Assembly (NCBI GenBank): GCA_964291285.2
Contig: OZ219789.1
Coordinates: 160,001-224,000, forward strand
Length of the DNA stretch: 64,000 bases
Source of the DNA: Alphaproteobacteria bacterium
GTDB lineage: Bacteria; Pseudomonadota; Alphaproteobacteria; Bin95
Direction: 5' to 3'
The translations under genes and the position numbers were made by a program. This document shows positions 18,601-27,787 of this stretch, piece after piece. The notes beneath the pieces are model-generated. The model had not been told where the DNA came from, made no database searches, and was given only the letters and a program-made list of their open reading frames with translations. Within the stretch, counting starts at the first letter, position 1, and each line of letters begins with the position of its first letter.

Positions 18601-19446
18601 CCCGGCACGACGCCGATCCATTTCGGCGTCGATATCACCTTCGCCGAAGGGCCGGAGGGCGCGGAGGTGACGGTCGATTTTTCCCGCTCCTCGGACCAGG
18701 TGCCGGCCGCCATCAACAGCTATATCAACTACACCCGCGCCTACACCTACTTCGCGATCAAGATATTCTGCGACCCGTTCAGCCCGCAGAATGCGGGCGC
18801 GATGCGCCCGATAAGGCTGGTGGCGCGGGAAGGCAGCTTCTTCAATCCGAAATTCCCCGCCCCTTCGGGCGGCCGGGCGGCGCTGCAGGTCCGCATTTTC
18901 GACACCATCAACGGCGCGATGGCCCAGGCCATGCCGGAGCGCGCGATGGGCGCCTTCAGCCACTGGTCCAACCCCAATATCGGCGGCATCGACGACCGCA
19001 CCGGCAAGCCCTACGTCTTCTACGACCTGATCCTGGCAGGCTACGGAGGACGGGCGGACAGCGACGGCCCCGAGGGCCTGAGCCCGGTGATGAACTGCTC
19101 GAACATCCCGGTGGAAGTGCATGAGACCAACCTGCCGGTGCTGATACACCGGGTGGAGCTGCTCGACGGCACCGGCGGCGCAGGCCGGCACAAGGGCGGA
19201 AGCGGCCTGCGCAAGGATATCGAACTGCTGGCCGGCGAAGGCGTGCTGACCTTGCTCGGCGACCGGCATGAGAGCCGGCCCTACGGCGTGTTCGGCGGCG
19301 AGCCCGGCGCGCTCGGGGAGACGGTACTCAATCCCGACGGCAACGGCGAACGGCTGGGCTCCAAGGAAATCCGCACGCTGAAGCGCGGCGACGTGTTGAG
19401 CATCCGCACGAGCGGCGCCGGCGGTTACGGAAAGCCCGGCGGGTAG
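15697..19446 (+). CDS. Fused hydantoinase A/B (5-oxoprolinase-like) ATP-dependent amidohydrolase
   Basis: GVDVGGTFTD, ESGPAAG, DMGGTT (A part); AFSEAVREGDDFS, GHFPD, HQMDVGG, GAGGYG (B part); 1249 aa. Confidence 0.92.
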   Translation: MTVNEAPYRIGVDVGGTFTDFVLRDEDTGRVAVHKVPSTPADPSEAVRNGLPALLEKAGAGAHGIGQLLHATTVATNAIIQRRGAKTALITTRGFRDVLILGRQKRYETYDLHMLKPDPLIPRERIFEVRERVSFEGEVLEPLDGEELALVLERIAEGGYEAVAVALLHAYANPAHERAVGRAVAARLPDTALSLSVDVSPKLREYERTNTTVANSFVKPLVGAYVRRLAEDFAAAGSAAGLSIMQSNGGLVSPALAGEYPVRIVESGPAAGVLLAGRIGRDIGADRVLSFDMGGTTAKLGAIDGGEPAIAPVFEVDPVRFKKGSGLPINVPAVELIEIGAGGGSIAAAVDGAIQVGPESAGADPGPACYGTGGLRPTVTDANLALGYLNPAYFNGGAMALDPAAAEAALRSHVAGPLGLSAAEAAWGVHLVATGNMEHALRVVSVERGRDPRNYALVAFGGAGPLHAARIARTLGVRQVVVPRAAGVGSAVGMLAAESRLDASVTRLLRLDEAAPGDIAAVYAGLEARLAKDLARLPGASEPEFRRFAYMRHTGQGFEIHVDLPAGPIGEGYIDACEAAFRAAYKARYRTEDPASAVEGVDWALAAVVPGSRDLSALEAGARPTGGPPGMRRAWFPEAGGMTETAVWRREAIGPDAVIEGPAIVEDAEATTVIPPGDRARLGPGGHLLIDIEQAAAPGEEPEDRAGPAAAGPCSGGRAAGTSIDPITFTVIWNSVVSIAEELGTTMRHTAFSEAVREGDDFSTAVFDAKGRMIAQGNFSPGHLGSMPFVIRHATEVYPPETLRPGDSILMNDSWMGSGHFPDFFQVMPVFEGGELLGYVAASAHQMDVGGAAPGSQKVHGVTESFQEGFRILPVRFCREGEIDRDILSMVLANTRVPDKVRGDVMAQHTANLTAAERFRQLFRDHGRPVVEQAFDDTLDRSEARMRAALARVPPGTYSFDDRMDDYGPGTTPIHFGVDITFAEGPEGAEVTVDFSRSSDQVPAAINSYINYTRAYTYFAIKIFCDPFSPQNAGAMRPIRLVAREGSFFNPKFPAPSGGRAALQVRIFDTINGAMAQAMPERAMGAFSHWSNPNIGGIDDRTGKPYVFYDLILAGYGGRADSDGPEGLSPVMNCSNIPVEVHETNLPVLIHRVELLDGTGGAGRHKGGSGLRKDIELLAGEGVLTLLGDRHESRPYGVFGGEPGALGETVLNPDGNGERLGSKEIRTLKRGDVLSIRTSGAGGYGKPGG

Positions 19447-19465
19447 GCCCCGGAAGGTCCGGTCG

Positions 19466-20779
19466 ATGGCGGCGCGCAAGATGCACCTGCTGGGCTTCAT
19501 GATGTACACGCCCATCAACCACATGACGCTCAGCTGGGCCGACCCCGAGGACCGGCAGGTCGAGGGCTTCGGCTCGATGGAACACTGGCAGGACCTTGCG
19601 CGGACAATGGAGCGCGGGCGCTTCGACGGCCTGTTCTTCGCCGACGTGCCCGCCGTTTACGACTTCTACAAGGACACGACCGATGTCGCCGTCCGGCACG
19701 GGGTCAGCTGGCCGGCGCACGATCCGGTCGCGCTCATCGGCGTGATGGGGGCGGCCACCCGGCATCTCGGCATCGCGGCGACGGTCTCCGTCGCGAGCCA
19801 GCACCCGTTTCTCACCGTGAGATCGCTCTCCAGCCTGGACTACCTGACCGGCGGCCGGGTCGGGTGGAACATCGTGACCGGCAATGCGCGCTCGGAGCAC
19901 CGGGCGCTCGGGCTCGAGGTGATGGACCATGACGAGCGCTACGACCGGGCCGATGAATATATGGAGGTCTGTTACAAGCTGTGGCGGGGCATCCCGGCGG
20001 ACGCGATTGCCGCAGACAGGGCGGCCGGGGTGCTGGCGGACCCTTCGAGGATCGGCAAGATCGCGCATGAGGGGCGGTATTTCCGCTGCCGCGCCACGCC
20101 CTCGGTCCTCCCGTCGGCGCAGGACCGCCCGGTGCTCTTCCAGGCGGGGTCCTCGGGCCGGGGGCAGCGTTTCGCCGTCACCCATGCCGATGTGATCTTC
20201 TCCATCCAGCCGGACCTGAAGCGCATGCAGGCCTTCATGGCGCAGATCCGCGCCGCCGCCCGGGACGGGAGACGCGCGCGCGAGCCGAAAGTCACCTTCG
20301 CGGTCCAGCCCTTCGTGGCCCGCAGCCGTGAGGAGGCCGCCCGGCGCCGGGACGAAATGCTCGCGCGCATTCCCATCGACGCGGCGCTGACGCGCATATC
20401 CGGCACATTCGGCGTCGATCTCGCGACCGTGGATATCGACAGGCCGCTCCAGGACATCGACACGCAGGCCTCGCAAGGGCTCGTCAAGGCGATGGCGGGC
20501 ATGTTCGGCGACGAGCGGATTTCGCTTCGCGAGGCCGTTCGGCTCTCTGGCCTGGCGGGGCTGATTCCGCAGTTGCTGGGCACGCCGGAGGAGATCGCGG
20601 ACGATCTGGAGGCGATCTGGCGCGAGACCGGCTGCCACGGCTTCAACGTCACCCCGGCGGTCGTGCCCGGCGGCTACGAGGACTTCGTGGACCGGGTGGT
20701 GCCGGTCCTGCAGGAGCGCGGCATCTTCCGCCGGGAATACGAAGCGGCGACTTTCAGGGGAAACCTGGTCGGCGGATAG
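19466..20779 (+). CDS. NtaA/DmoA family FMN-dependent monooxygenase (LLM class)
   Basis: ERGRFDGLFFAD, SSLDYLTGGRVGWNIVT, HDERYDRADEY, PVLFQAGSS motifs. Confidence 0.93.
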   Translation: MAARKMHLLGFMMYTPINHMTLSWADPEDRQVEGFGSMEHWQDLARTMERGRFDGLFFADVPAVYDFYKDTTDVAVRHGVSWPAHDPVALIGVMGAATRHLGIAATVSVASQHPFLTVRSLSSLDYLTGGRVGWNIVTGNARSEHRALGLEVMDHDERYDRADEYMEVCYKLWRGIPADAIAADRAAGVLADPSRIGKIAHEGRYFRCRATPSVLPSAQDRPVLFQAGSSGRGQRFAVTHADVIFSIQPDLKRMQAFMAQIRAAARDGRRAREPKVTFAVQPFVARSREEAARRRDEMLARIPIDAALTRISGTFGVDLATVDIDRPLQDIDTQASQGLVKAMAGMFGDERISLREAVRLSGLAGLIPQLLGTPEEIADDLEAIWRETGCHGFNVTPAVVPGGYEDFVDRVVPVLQERGIFRREYEAATFRGNLVGG

Positions 20780-20786
20780 GAGGCGC

Positions 20787-21779
20787 TCACGTCTCCAGGC
20801 CGAGCCTGTAGGCCCTGTTGGCGTTTTCCCGGTAGAGCAGGCGCTTCTCGTCGTCGGAACAGCCGGCCGTCAGGCGCTTGAAGGCATTCCAGAGGGCCGT
20901 GAAGGTCGTCGTCTGCCCGTCCACAGGGTAGTTGCTCTCGAGGATGACGCGCTCGGTCCCGAAGAGTTCCAGCCCGGTCTCGAAGAACGGCCGCCAGAGT
21001 TCCGCCAGCACGTCCGAAGGGGGCCGTTCGCCTCCGGCAATGTCGAACCCCCACAGCCTTATGCCGAAGCCGCCGCCCTTCATCAGGACATTCGGGCATT
21101 CAGCGACCGCGGCCAGCCCGCGCCGCCACTGCTCCGTCGCCCCGGCCGGGTCGAGGGCGTGGCGCCCGACGCCCAGGCGGAAGCCGAGATGGTTGAGGAT
21201 TATCGGCGTGTCCGGGAACCGCCGCGCCAGGTCCGCGAGTTCCGGCAACTGCGGGTGGAAGAGCACGGCGTCGAACGAAAGGCCGCGGGCGTGCAATTGC
21301 CGGAAGCCGCGCGCGAATTCCACATCCAGCAGCAGGCCTGGCGGCGGGCGCACGCTGATATGGCCGTAAACGGCCTCGTCGGCGTCCCAGTAAACGCCCC
21401 GGCGAATGCCCTTGAAGCGCCCGCCGCCGGCTTCGATATGGGCGTCCAGAACCTCGCCCGCCCTGTCCCCGATGGCGAGGTCCGCATAGCCGACGATGCC
21501 GGCGCAGAGCCTGCGGCCTCCCCAGGCGCCCTGCTCGGCCCGCGCCGCCAGCGACGCGACGAACTCCGTCTCTCCGACGGGCCTCAGATGCTCGGGGCCG
21601 GCGTCCCGGTAGTGCTGGCGCACCTCGATATAGACCGAGGCGCGGATATCGTGGCCCAGGGCGCAATCGGCCGCATAGTCGTCGATGGTGTAGCGGTGGC
21701 CCGGCCCGTCCATCAGATGGTGGTGGGCATCGACGATTTTCAGATCCGGCTCGAGTATCGACTCCATCTCTTCGCTCAT
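20787..21779 (-). CDS. Amidohydrolase family protein
   Basis: VDAHHH, PVGETEF, ILNHLG, ESNYPVD motifs; ATGA overlap with GMC gene. Confidence 0.9.
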   Translation of the reverse strand: MSEEMESILEPDLKIVDAHHHLMDGPGHRYTIDDYAADCALGHDIRASVYIEVRQHYRDAGPEHLRPVGETEFVASLAARAEQGAWGGRRLCAGIVGYADLAIGDRAGEVLDAHIEAGGGRFKGIRRGVYWDADEAVYGHISVRPPPGLLLDVEFARGFRQLHARGLSFDAVLFHPQLPELADLARRFPDTPIILNHLGFRLGVGRHALDPAGATEQWRRGLAAVAECPNVLMKGGGFGIRLWGFDIAGGERPPSDVLAELWRPFFETGLELFGTERVILESNYPVDGQTTTFTALWNAFKRLTAGCSDDEKRLLYRENANRAYRLGLET

Positions 21780-23407
21780 GATTGCTGTTCCCCCTCGATA
21801 AGCGCGGCCGCTTTTTCCCCGATCATGATGACGGGCGCGTGCAGGGCCGCATTGGGAATGCGCGGGATGATCGAGGCGTCCACGATCCACAGCCCTTCGG
21901 CGCCGCGCACCCGAAGCCCACTGTCCACGACGGAATCGTCCCTCGGCCCCATCGCGCATGTCCCGCACTGGTGGTAGGCGGTGGCGCCGTTGCGCCTGAT
22001 ATCCGCCACCAGGCTCCGGTCGTCCGAGACCGCTTCGCCCGGCAGCAGCTCGCGGTCGATATATTTCGCCATTGCGGGACGGCGCATCATGCTCCGCATC
22101 CGCTTCACCGCCTTCAGCAGCACCTCCATGTCGCGGGGGTCGGAAAAATAGCCCGCCTCGATCCGGGGCCGGTCGAGCGGGTCCGCCGAACGGAGCGACA
22201 CGGCGCCCCGGCTCAGCGGCGAGCCCTGATAGACCGTCAGGCCGAAGCCGTGCCGGTCGGGAAGCAGGTCGCGGATGCGGAACGCCGCCCCGCCGGTCCT
22301 CGCGGGACCGAGGGCGGAGAGCAGCACGACCTGCGCATCCGGGACTTCGAGCGCCGGGTCGGTGCGGAAATAGCCGCCGGCAACGGCATAGGTCTCGGCG
22401 AGCGGCCCGCTCCGGAAGAGCGCATAGCGCAGCGCCGCCGCCGCCGCGTTGTGCGGGCGGAGATGCCGGCTCGCGGAAACGGGCGCATTGCAAAGATACT
22501 GAAGGCGGTAGCAGGCATGGTTCTGCAGGTTGCGGCCCACATTCGGCGCGTCGTGGATGACGGGAATCCCGTGCGAGGAGAGGGCGCCCGCCGGCCCGAT
22601 GCCCGAGAGCATCAGCAATTGCGGCGTCTTGATCGCGCCGGCCGAAAGGACGACCCCGCGCCGGGCCGCAATACGGACCTGCCGGCCGCCGATCGACGCT
22701 TCGACGCCGGAAGCCCGCCTGCCCTCGAAGAGGACCCGCAAGGCAAGGGCGCCGGTGCGGACAAGGAGGTTCGGCCGCCCTGCCGCCGGTTCGAGATAGG
22801 CCGTAGCGGCGCTCATGCGCCGGCCCCGGCCGGCATTGATGTCGTAGAGGGCGAACCCCTCGCCCGCACCGGTGTTGAGGTCGTCCAGCACCGGGAACCC
22901 GTCTTCCGCCGCCGCCGCCAGAAAGGCGTCGCAGATCGGCAGGTCCGGGCGGGCGCGCCGGACATGCACGGGGCCCGCACCGCCATGCCACGGCCCGTCG
23001 CCGCGCTCGTTCGCCTCCGAGCGCCTGAAATAGGGAAGCAGGTCCTCGAACGCCCAGCCGGCGCAGCCCATCTGGCGCCAGATGTCGTATTCGCGCGGGT
23101 GGCCGCGCGTGTAGATCATGCCGTTGATGGAGCTGGACCCGCCCAGCACCCGGCCCTGAAGCCAGGTGAGTTCGCGACCCTCCATTTCCGGGACCGGGTC
23201 GGCCTTGAACGCCCAGTTGAACCGGGGATGGTTGGCGGCCACGAAGCCGAGGCCGGGAAGCCGGAGCAGCGGGCTGCGGTCGGGCCCGCCCGCTTCCAGT
23301 AGCGTGACCGAGACGTCCGGGTCCTCGGACAGCCGCGCGGCCACCACGGAGCCGGCCGCCCCGGAGCCGATGACGAGATAGTCGCAGGACAACGAACGGT
23401 CCCTCAT
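21776..23407 (-). CDS. GMC family oxidoreductase (choline dehydrogenase-like)
   Basis: IGSGAAG FAD motif, GRVLGGSSSINGMIY, YHQCGTCAMG, VDASIIP. Confidence 0.94.
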   Translation of the reverse strand: MRDRSLSCDYLVIGSGAAGSVVAARLSEDPDVSVTLLEAGGPDRSPLLRLPGLGFVAANHPRFNWAFKADPVPEMEGRELTWLQGRVLGGSSSINGMIYTRGHPREYDIWRQMGCAGWAFEDLLPYFRRSEANERGDGPWHGGAGPVHVRRARPDLPICDAFLAAAAEDGFPVLDDLNTGAGEGFALYDINAGRGRRMSAATAYLEPAAGRPNLLVRTGALALRVLFEGRRASGVEASIGGRQVRIAARRGVVLSAGAIKTPQLLMLSGIGPAGALSSHGIPVIHDAPNVGRNLQNHACYRLQYLCNAPVSASRHLRPHNAAAAALRYALFRSGPLAETYAVAGGYFRTDPALEVPDAQVVLLSALGPARTGGAAFRIRDLLPDRHGFGLTVYQGSPLSRGAVSLRSADPLDRPRIEAGYFSDPRDMEVLLKAVKRMRSMMRRPAMAKYIDRELLPGEAVSDDRSLVADIRRNGATAYHQCGTCAMGPRDDSVVDSGLRVRGAEGLWIVDASIIPRIPNAALHAPVIMIGEKAAALIEGEQQS

Positions 23408-23536
23408 CGCGCCCGGCCAGTCGTGCCCAAGCCGCTGCCCCCCTTTCCCGTTCCGCGAGTCCCGAAAGCCGTGCAGCCGTCCCGCGATTCATGCCTTATA
23501 CCCTTCCCCGCCGAAACCGCGCAGGAAGGAACCCGG

Positions 23537-24145
23537 ATGCCGTTGCAAAATCGCGTGACGCCTTTCGGAGACATCATCGCCACGCCGGAGCGCGGGACGA
23601 TGATGGGCAATCGCGGCATCCTGCATGACGAGCGCCGGGCGCTCGGCCGGCGGCGCTGGACGCACAAGGCCTGGATCTGCTGCGTCACCGAGTTCCGGGG
23701 CAGGACGCGGCAGGTCATGGCCCCCCGGCGCTACACGGAACTCTTCTTTCTCGACGAGGCGGTGGCGCTCGCCGCCGGGCACCGGCCCTGCTTCGAATGC
23801 CGGCGCGAGGCCGCCAGGGCCTATGCCGCCTGCTGGGGCGGCCATCCGCGGGCCGGAGAGATGGACCGCGTGCTGCATGCCGAACGCCTCGAAGGACGCC
23901 GCCGGCATATCCACATCCGTGACTCCGCGGAACTCCCCGATGGCGCGTTCGTGAGCCGGGACGGGTCCGCCTGGTTGGTCAGGGGCCCGCTGCTGCTGCG
24001 CTACACGCCCGGCGGATACGACGCCGCGACCGAGCGCCCCGCCGGCGCGGTCGAGGTGCTGACGCCGCCCGCCACGCTCAGGGCGCTCAGGGCCGGCTAC
24101 GCCCCGCTGCTGCACCCGTCGGCCGGAGCTCCAACCGCGCCCTGA
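23537..24145 (+). CDS. Conserved hypothetical protein with Cys-rich AGHRPCFEC motif
   Basis: MPLQNRVTPFG..GTMMGNRGILH, YTELFFLDEAVALAAGHRPCFECRR; SD AGGAAGGA. Confidence 0.8.
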   Translation: MPLQNRVTPFGDIIATPERGTMMGNRGILHDERRALGRRRWTHKAWICCVTEFRGRTRQVMAPRRYTELFFLDEAVALAAGHRPCFECRREAARAYAACWGGHPRAGEMDRVLHAERLEGRRRHIHIRDSAELPDGAFVSRDGSAWLVRGPLLLRYTPGGYDAATERPAGAVEVLTPPATLRALRAGYAPLLHPSAGAPTAP

Positions 24146-24950
24146 ACACAAGGTCCGCAATGCCCGAGGCCGCGCCCTCGGCGGCCGCAGCGGCAAGGGA
24201 AGTCCACGCGCCCTCCAGCCATTCGGCCGGTACGGCATTGGCCTGATCCACCCTGCCGACCTCGTTCCCGTCCGACCAGACGACGGACCAGCCGAGCCGC
24301 AGTTCCCGCAAGCCCGAATGGTCCGGGCCGACCTCCACACTGCCGAAGACATGCAGGTGGCTCGGCGCGGCGGGCGGCACGACATCCAGCCCCCCGCCCG
24401 CAAGCGCCGCTTCGAGCGCGCGCAAGAGCGGCGCGGTCGCTTCGGGGGCGGCGCCGGAAATCGGTGCAACGGAGATTTTCAGCCGGACAGGATCGCCCGC
24501 GCCCGGACTTTCCGCGCGAACCCGCTCGGCAACCTCGTCCGCCAGTTCTTCGAGAAGCACGGCCAGGGCCTCCTGCCGGCCGCCCTCGACCTGCTGCTCG
24601 AAACGCCCGGCCAGCCTGCCCTCCCAGTCGCGGAGTTCCCAGGCGAGACCGGACGGAGCGAACCCATCCGGCATTGCAGCGAGTTCGACGCGACCGGTCA
24701 CCCGGTAGCTGAGTCGATTGCCTGCGCGCCGGCTGGCCGGCAATCCGCGGCGGTGCAGCGCCCCCTCAAGGTCCCGCCGCAACCGGTTTTCGAGTTCGGG
24801 CGTTGCTCCGTGGATACGTCCCACCCGCACCCCGACGCTTTCAGGAAGCGCCAGCAGGGCGCTGGCCTTGTCGCGCTCCATGACCTGCGGCAGGGGCTGG
24901 CAGGCCGCGGCAAACAGCGCCACGGCGAGAAGGCCGCCCGCCCTAGACAA
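24087..24950 (-). CDS. Putative lipoprotein
   Basis: TTG start, lipobox LFAAAC, two internally similar halves; overlaps the convergent gene end by 59 nt. Confidence 0.7.
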   Translation of the reverse strand: MSRAGGLLAVALFAAACQPLPQVMERDKASALLALPESVGVRVGRIHGATPELENRLRRDLEGALHRRGLPASRRAGNRLSYRVTGRVELAAMPDGFAPSGLAWELRDWEGRLAGRFEQQVEGGRQEALAVLLEELADEVAERVRAESPGAGDPVRLKISVAPISGAAPEATAPLLRALEAALAGGGLDVVPPAAPSHLHVFGSVEVGPDHSGLRELRLGWSVVWSDGNEVGRVDQANAVPAEWLEGAWTSLAAAAAEGAASGIADLVFRARLELRPTGAAAGRSRP

Positions 24951-25011
24951 GGATGCAGCCCACGAGGAGGCCGAGCAGGCAAAGCCCGAGGAAGATCACC
25001 AGATGCGGCAT
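24943..25011 (-). CDS. Putative 22-aa hydrophobic small protein
   Basis: MPHLVIFLGLCLLGLLVGCILV*, GGAG immediately upstream, GC3-rich codons, stop overlaps the lipoprotein TTG. Confidence 0.4.
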   Translation of the reverse strand: MPHLVIFLGLCLLGLLVGCILV

Positions 25012-25114
25012 CTCCGCGCCGTTCCCGCCTTCAATCGGGATAGGGGGGAGCCTCACGGCTCCACCCCTCCCACACCACCGTGCATACGGGTCCGTACACG
25101 GCGGTTCGACGGAT

Positions 25115-26503
25115 TTAAGCTGCGGGACGGCATCGCAGGGAGGCGAGGCCGAGCCTGTCGAAGAAGGCATTGGGTAGCGCTTGTGCGAGCGCGGGACTGT
25201 TGCTGAGCCGCCATGGGCCGTGGGCACTGCCGGCGGTTTTCGCCGCCAGATCCTTGCCCACGCCGAGGCGGCGCAGCGCCGCAAAGCGGGTACGCCCGCG
25301 CTTCCACTGCCGCCAGACGATGGCGCGGAGCCGCCGCCTGACCCATCGGTCGAGGGTGAGCAGTACCGAAGGGGTCTCGCAGAAGCCGAAGTAGCCCCGC
25401 CACCCGATGAGGTAGCGGGAGAACTCCCTGACGAGGCGGGCAAGTTTGACGCTCTTTGTGCAGCGCGTCATGTCCCGGACCCGTGCCTTGAACCGGGCGA
25501 GCGCCTGCGGCGCGATGCGCCGCTTCGTTGCCCACGCGGCGGTGAAGCTGAAGCCCAGGAAGGCCCTCGCCGACGGGCGGTCCACCGCGCTCTTGTCTGC
25601 ATTGACCGTCAGCTTCAGCCGTGGGGCGAGGAACCTCGTCACGCTCGCCATGACCCGCTCGCCCGCCCGCCGGGACCGCACGTAGATGTTGCAGTCGTCG
25701 GCATAGCGCACGAAGCGGTGACCGCGCTTCTCCAGTTCCTTGTCCAGAACGTCGAGCATCAGGTTCGACAGAATCGGTGAGAGTGGGCCGCCCTGTGGCG
25801 CTCCCTCAGTGGTTGGGCCGACCAGTCCGCCCTCCAGCACCCCCGCGGTCAGGAAGCCGCGGATGAGCCCGAGCAGGCGTTTGTCGGCCACGCGCTTGGC
25901 CACCAGCCCCATCAATATGTCGTGGTTCACCCGGTCGAAGAACTTCTCCAGATCGAGATCGACGACATAGCCATAGCCCGCGCGGATGTGCTCTTGCGCG
26001 CGTTCTACTGCCTGATGGGCCGAGCGTCCGGGCCGGAACCCGTAGCTCGCATCCGAGAAGCCGGGGTCCCAGTCTCCTTGCAACACCTGCATCGCCGCCT
26101 GCTGGATGAAGCGGTCGAGCACCGTCGGCACACCGAGCGGGCGAACGCCGCCCGATGCCTTCGGTATCTCTACCCGCCGGACCGGCTGCGGTTCATAGCT
26201 GCCGTCGAGAAGTCGGGCCTTCGTCTCGGGCCAGTGGTCTTTCAGATAAGCGTCCAACTCTTCGACGGTCATGCCGTCGATGCCGGGCGCCCCCTTGTTG
26301 CGCCGGACACGCGCCAGCGCCTTCTTCAAGTTGCCGGGTTCGACCACCGCTTCCATCGGTGGTCCGCGCCCAGCCGCCGGGTGTTCGGGGTCGGCACGCG
26401 CCATGCGGGCTTCGGTCCCTCGGTCTCCGGCGCTCCGGGCTTCACCCTTCGCCTCCGGCTCCAAGGCCAGTTCCAGCTGGATGTTCTGCCGCCTGGTCCG
26501 CAT
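25115..26503 (-). CDS. ltrA: Group II intron reverse transcriptase/maturase (no endonuclease domain)
   Basis: NKGAPGIDG, RPLGVPTVLDR, DLEKFFD, PQGGPLSP, RYADD, GWRGYF maturase X; 462 aa. Confidence 0.96.
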   Translation of the reverse strand: MRTRRQNIQLELALEPEAKGEARSAGDRGTEARMARADPEHPAAGRGPPMEAVVEPGNLKKALARVRRNKGAPGIDGMTVEELDAYLKDHWPETKARLLDGSYEPQPVRRVEIPKASGGVRPLGVPTVLDRFIQQAAMQVLQGDWDPGFSDASYGFRPGRSAHQAVERAQEHIRAGYGYVVDLDLEKFFDRVNHDILMGLVAKRVADKRLLGLIRGFLTAGVLEGGLVGPTTEGAPQGGPLSPILSNLMLDVLDKELEKRGHRFVRYADDCNIYVRSRRAGERVMASVTRFLAPRLKLTVNADKSAVDRPSARAFLGFSFTAAWATKRRIAPQALARFKARVRDMTRCTKSVKLARLVREFSRYLIGWRGYFGFCETPSVLLTLDRWVRRRLRAIVWRQWKRGRTRFAALRRLGVGKDLAAKTAGSAHGPWRLSNSPALAQALPNAFFDRLGLASLRCRPAA

Positions 26504-26515
26504 GAGCCTGTCGTC

Positions 26516-27297
26516 CTAGGTCCTGTGGACGGATTTGATCAAGATGAAGGCAGCGGCGAGTGCGACGAAGGAGCTGAAGTTTGTGGCGGTCTTTTCGCAG
26601 CGCAGGGCGATGCGTTTGAAGCGTTTGAGCTTGCCGACGGCCTGTTCGATGCGCGCCCGTCCTCTGTAGAGCGCGCTTGCGAAGCGCTTTGGCCTGTTTT
26701 TGATGTTCTTCCGGTAGGGAATGACGGTCAGGGCGCCTCTTTTCCGGGCGAGTTGGCGGTTTCCGGCGCTGTCATAGCCCTTGTCGGCGACGATGGCGCG
26801 GGGCCGGACATCGGGGCCGATGTCCATCAGGGTCTCGAAATGCGGACTGTCGGCTGCCTCGCCGCCGGTCAGGTCGAAGGCGATCGGCAGGCCGTCGAAA
26901 TCGGTCTTCAGGTGGATTTTGGTGCTGAAACCGCCCCGCGAGCGTCCAAGCGCCTGACCCTGCTGCCCCCTTTTGCGCCGGCCGCCGATACATGCGCGCG
27001 GGTCACGGTCGAATCGAACATCTGAACCAGGTGCGCCGTGCTGCTCAAATCCGCCAGCGTGGCGAAAAAGTCCTCGAACACCCCTGAACGGCTCAGACGG
27101 TGAAAACGCCGCCATACCGTATTCCAGTGCCCGAACCGCTCCGGCAGCGCCCGCCAGGTGATGTTGTGAACCGCAAAGAAGTGCAGCGCCTCCAGAAACA
27201 GACGGTCGTCCTTCGCCTTCGCACCCCGCCTCGGAAGGCAAAGCCGGAAAACCTCCAGCGCAACCTCCCAGTCTCCATTCGTCATCTTCGTCGACAT
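26516..27297 (-). CDS. IS5 family transposase in two frames (orfA 27297-26908 plus orfB), probable programmed -1 frameshift
   Basis: orfA WRALPERFGHWNTV, FDSTVTRAH; orfB GRSRGGFSTKIH, ADKGYD, R.RIEQ..GKLK.FKRIALR; slippery AAAAGGGGG at 26966-26974. Confidence 0.9.
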
Positions 27298-27393
27298 CAA
27301 CGAAACCCCCGAATCGCCGACGCCTCATGATTCAGACAAATCCTCGCACGGGAATCCCTGAACACGCTCCTGAGTCAATACGTCCACAGGGCC
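26519..27393 (-). mobile_element. IS5 family (IS427-like) insertion sequence, 875 bp
   Basis: IRs GGTCCTGTGGACGGATT / GGCCCTGTGGACGTATT (15/17), TA duplication at 26517-26518 and 27394-27395. Confidence 0.93.
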
Positions 27394-27787
27394 TAATAAC
27401 CCTGTCCGTCGTTCGGGCCTTCGCCGGCGAGCCGGCTACTATGCCCTCTGCTGACTTCTGCGCCGCGATCACGGTCCTTGCGGAACCGCTCAGTCCGGGA
27501 CTTCCGGACACCGCGCAGATCTCCCGAGGTAAGACCAACCGCCTTCACCGCACACCCGCCGGATTTACCACCCCGGCCCTTGATGGCTATGGACTTCGCG
27601 GTCATCTGCCCGCTCGTCCGGCCGGGTAGGCCTCGTATCCGGTTCTTGTCCATCGGGTCGCGGCTTTGCTCCACGCTTCCTTCAGACCCCGCCTCGCGAC
27701 GACGCCCTTGCGCTTCGCTAATCCTTCGCCGCCATCGGGCTGGATAGAGGACTTGCACCTCCAAGCTGTTGGTCATGCTCGGCACAC

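Larger units (their letters stand above)
25034..27787 (-). mobile_element. Group II intron, class IIC (interrupted by IS5)
   Basis: 5' GTGTG at 27787 right after a terminator U-tract; DV GAACCGCCGTGTACGGACCCGTATGCACGGTGGTGTG with CGC triad; DVI ending CTATCCCGAT at 25034; internal RT ORF. Confidence 0.95.

Noticed and set aside
25115-26503. RT as a retron, DGR or CRISPR-associated RT
   Set aside because: It sits within recognisable group II intron ends (GTGTG, DV, DVI) and has a maturase domain; no TR/VR pair or msr-msd seen.
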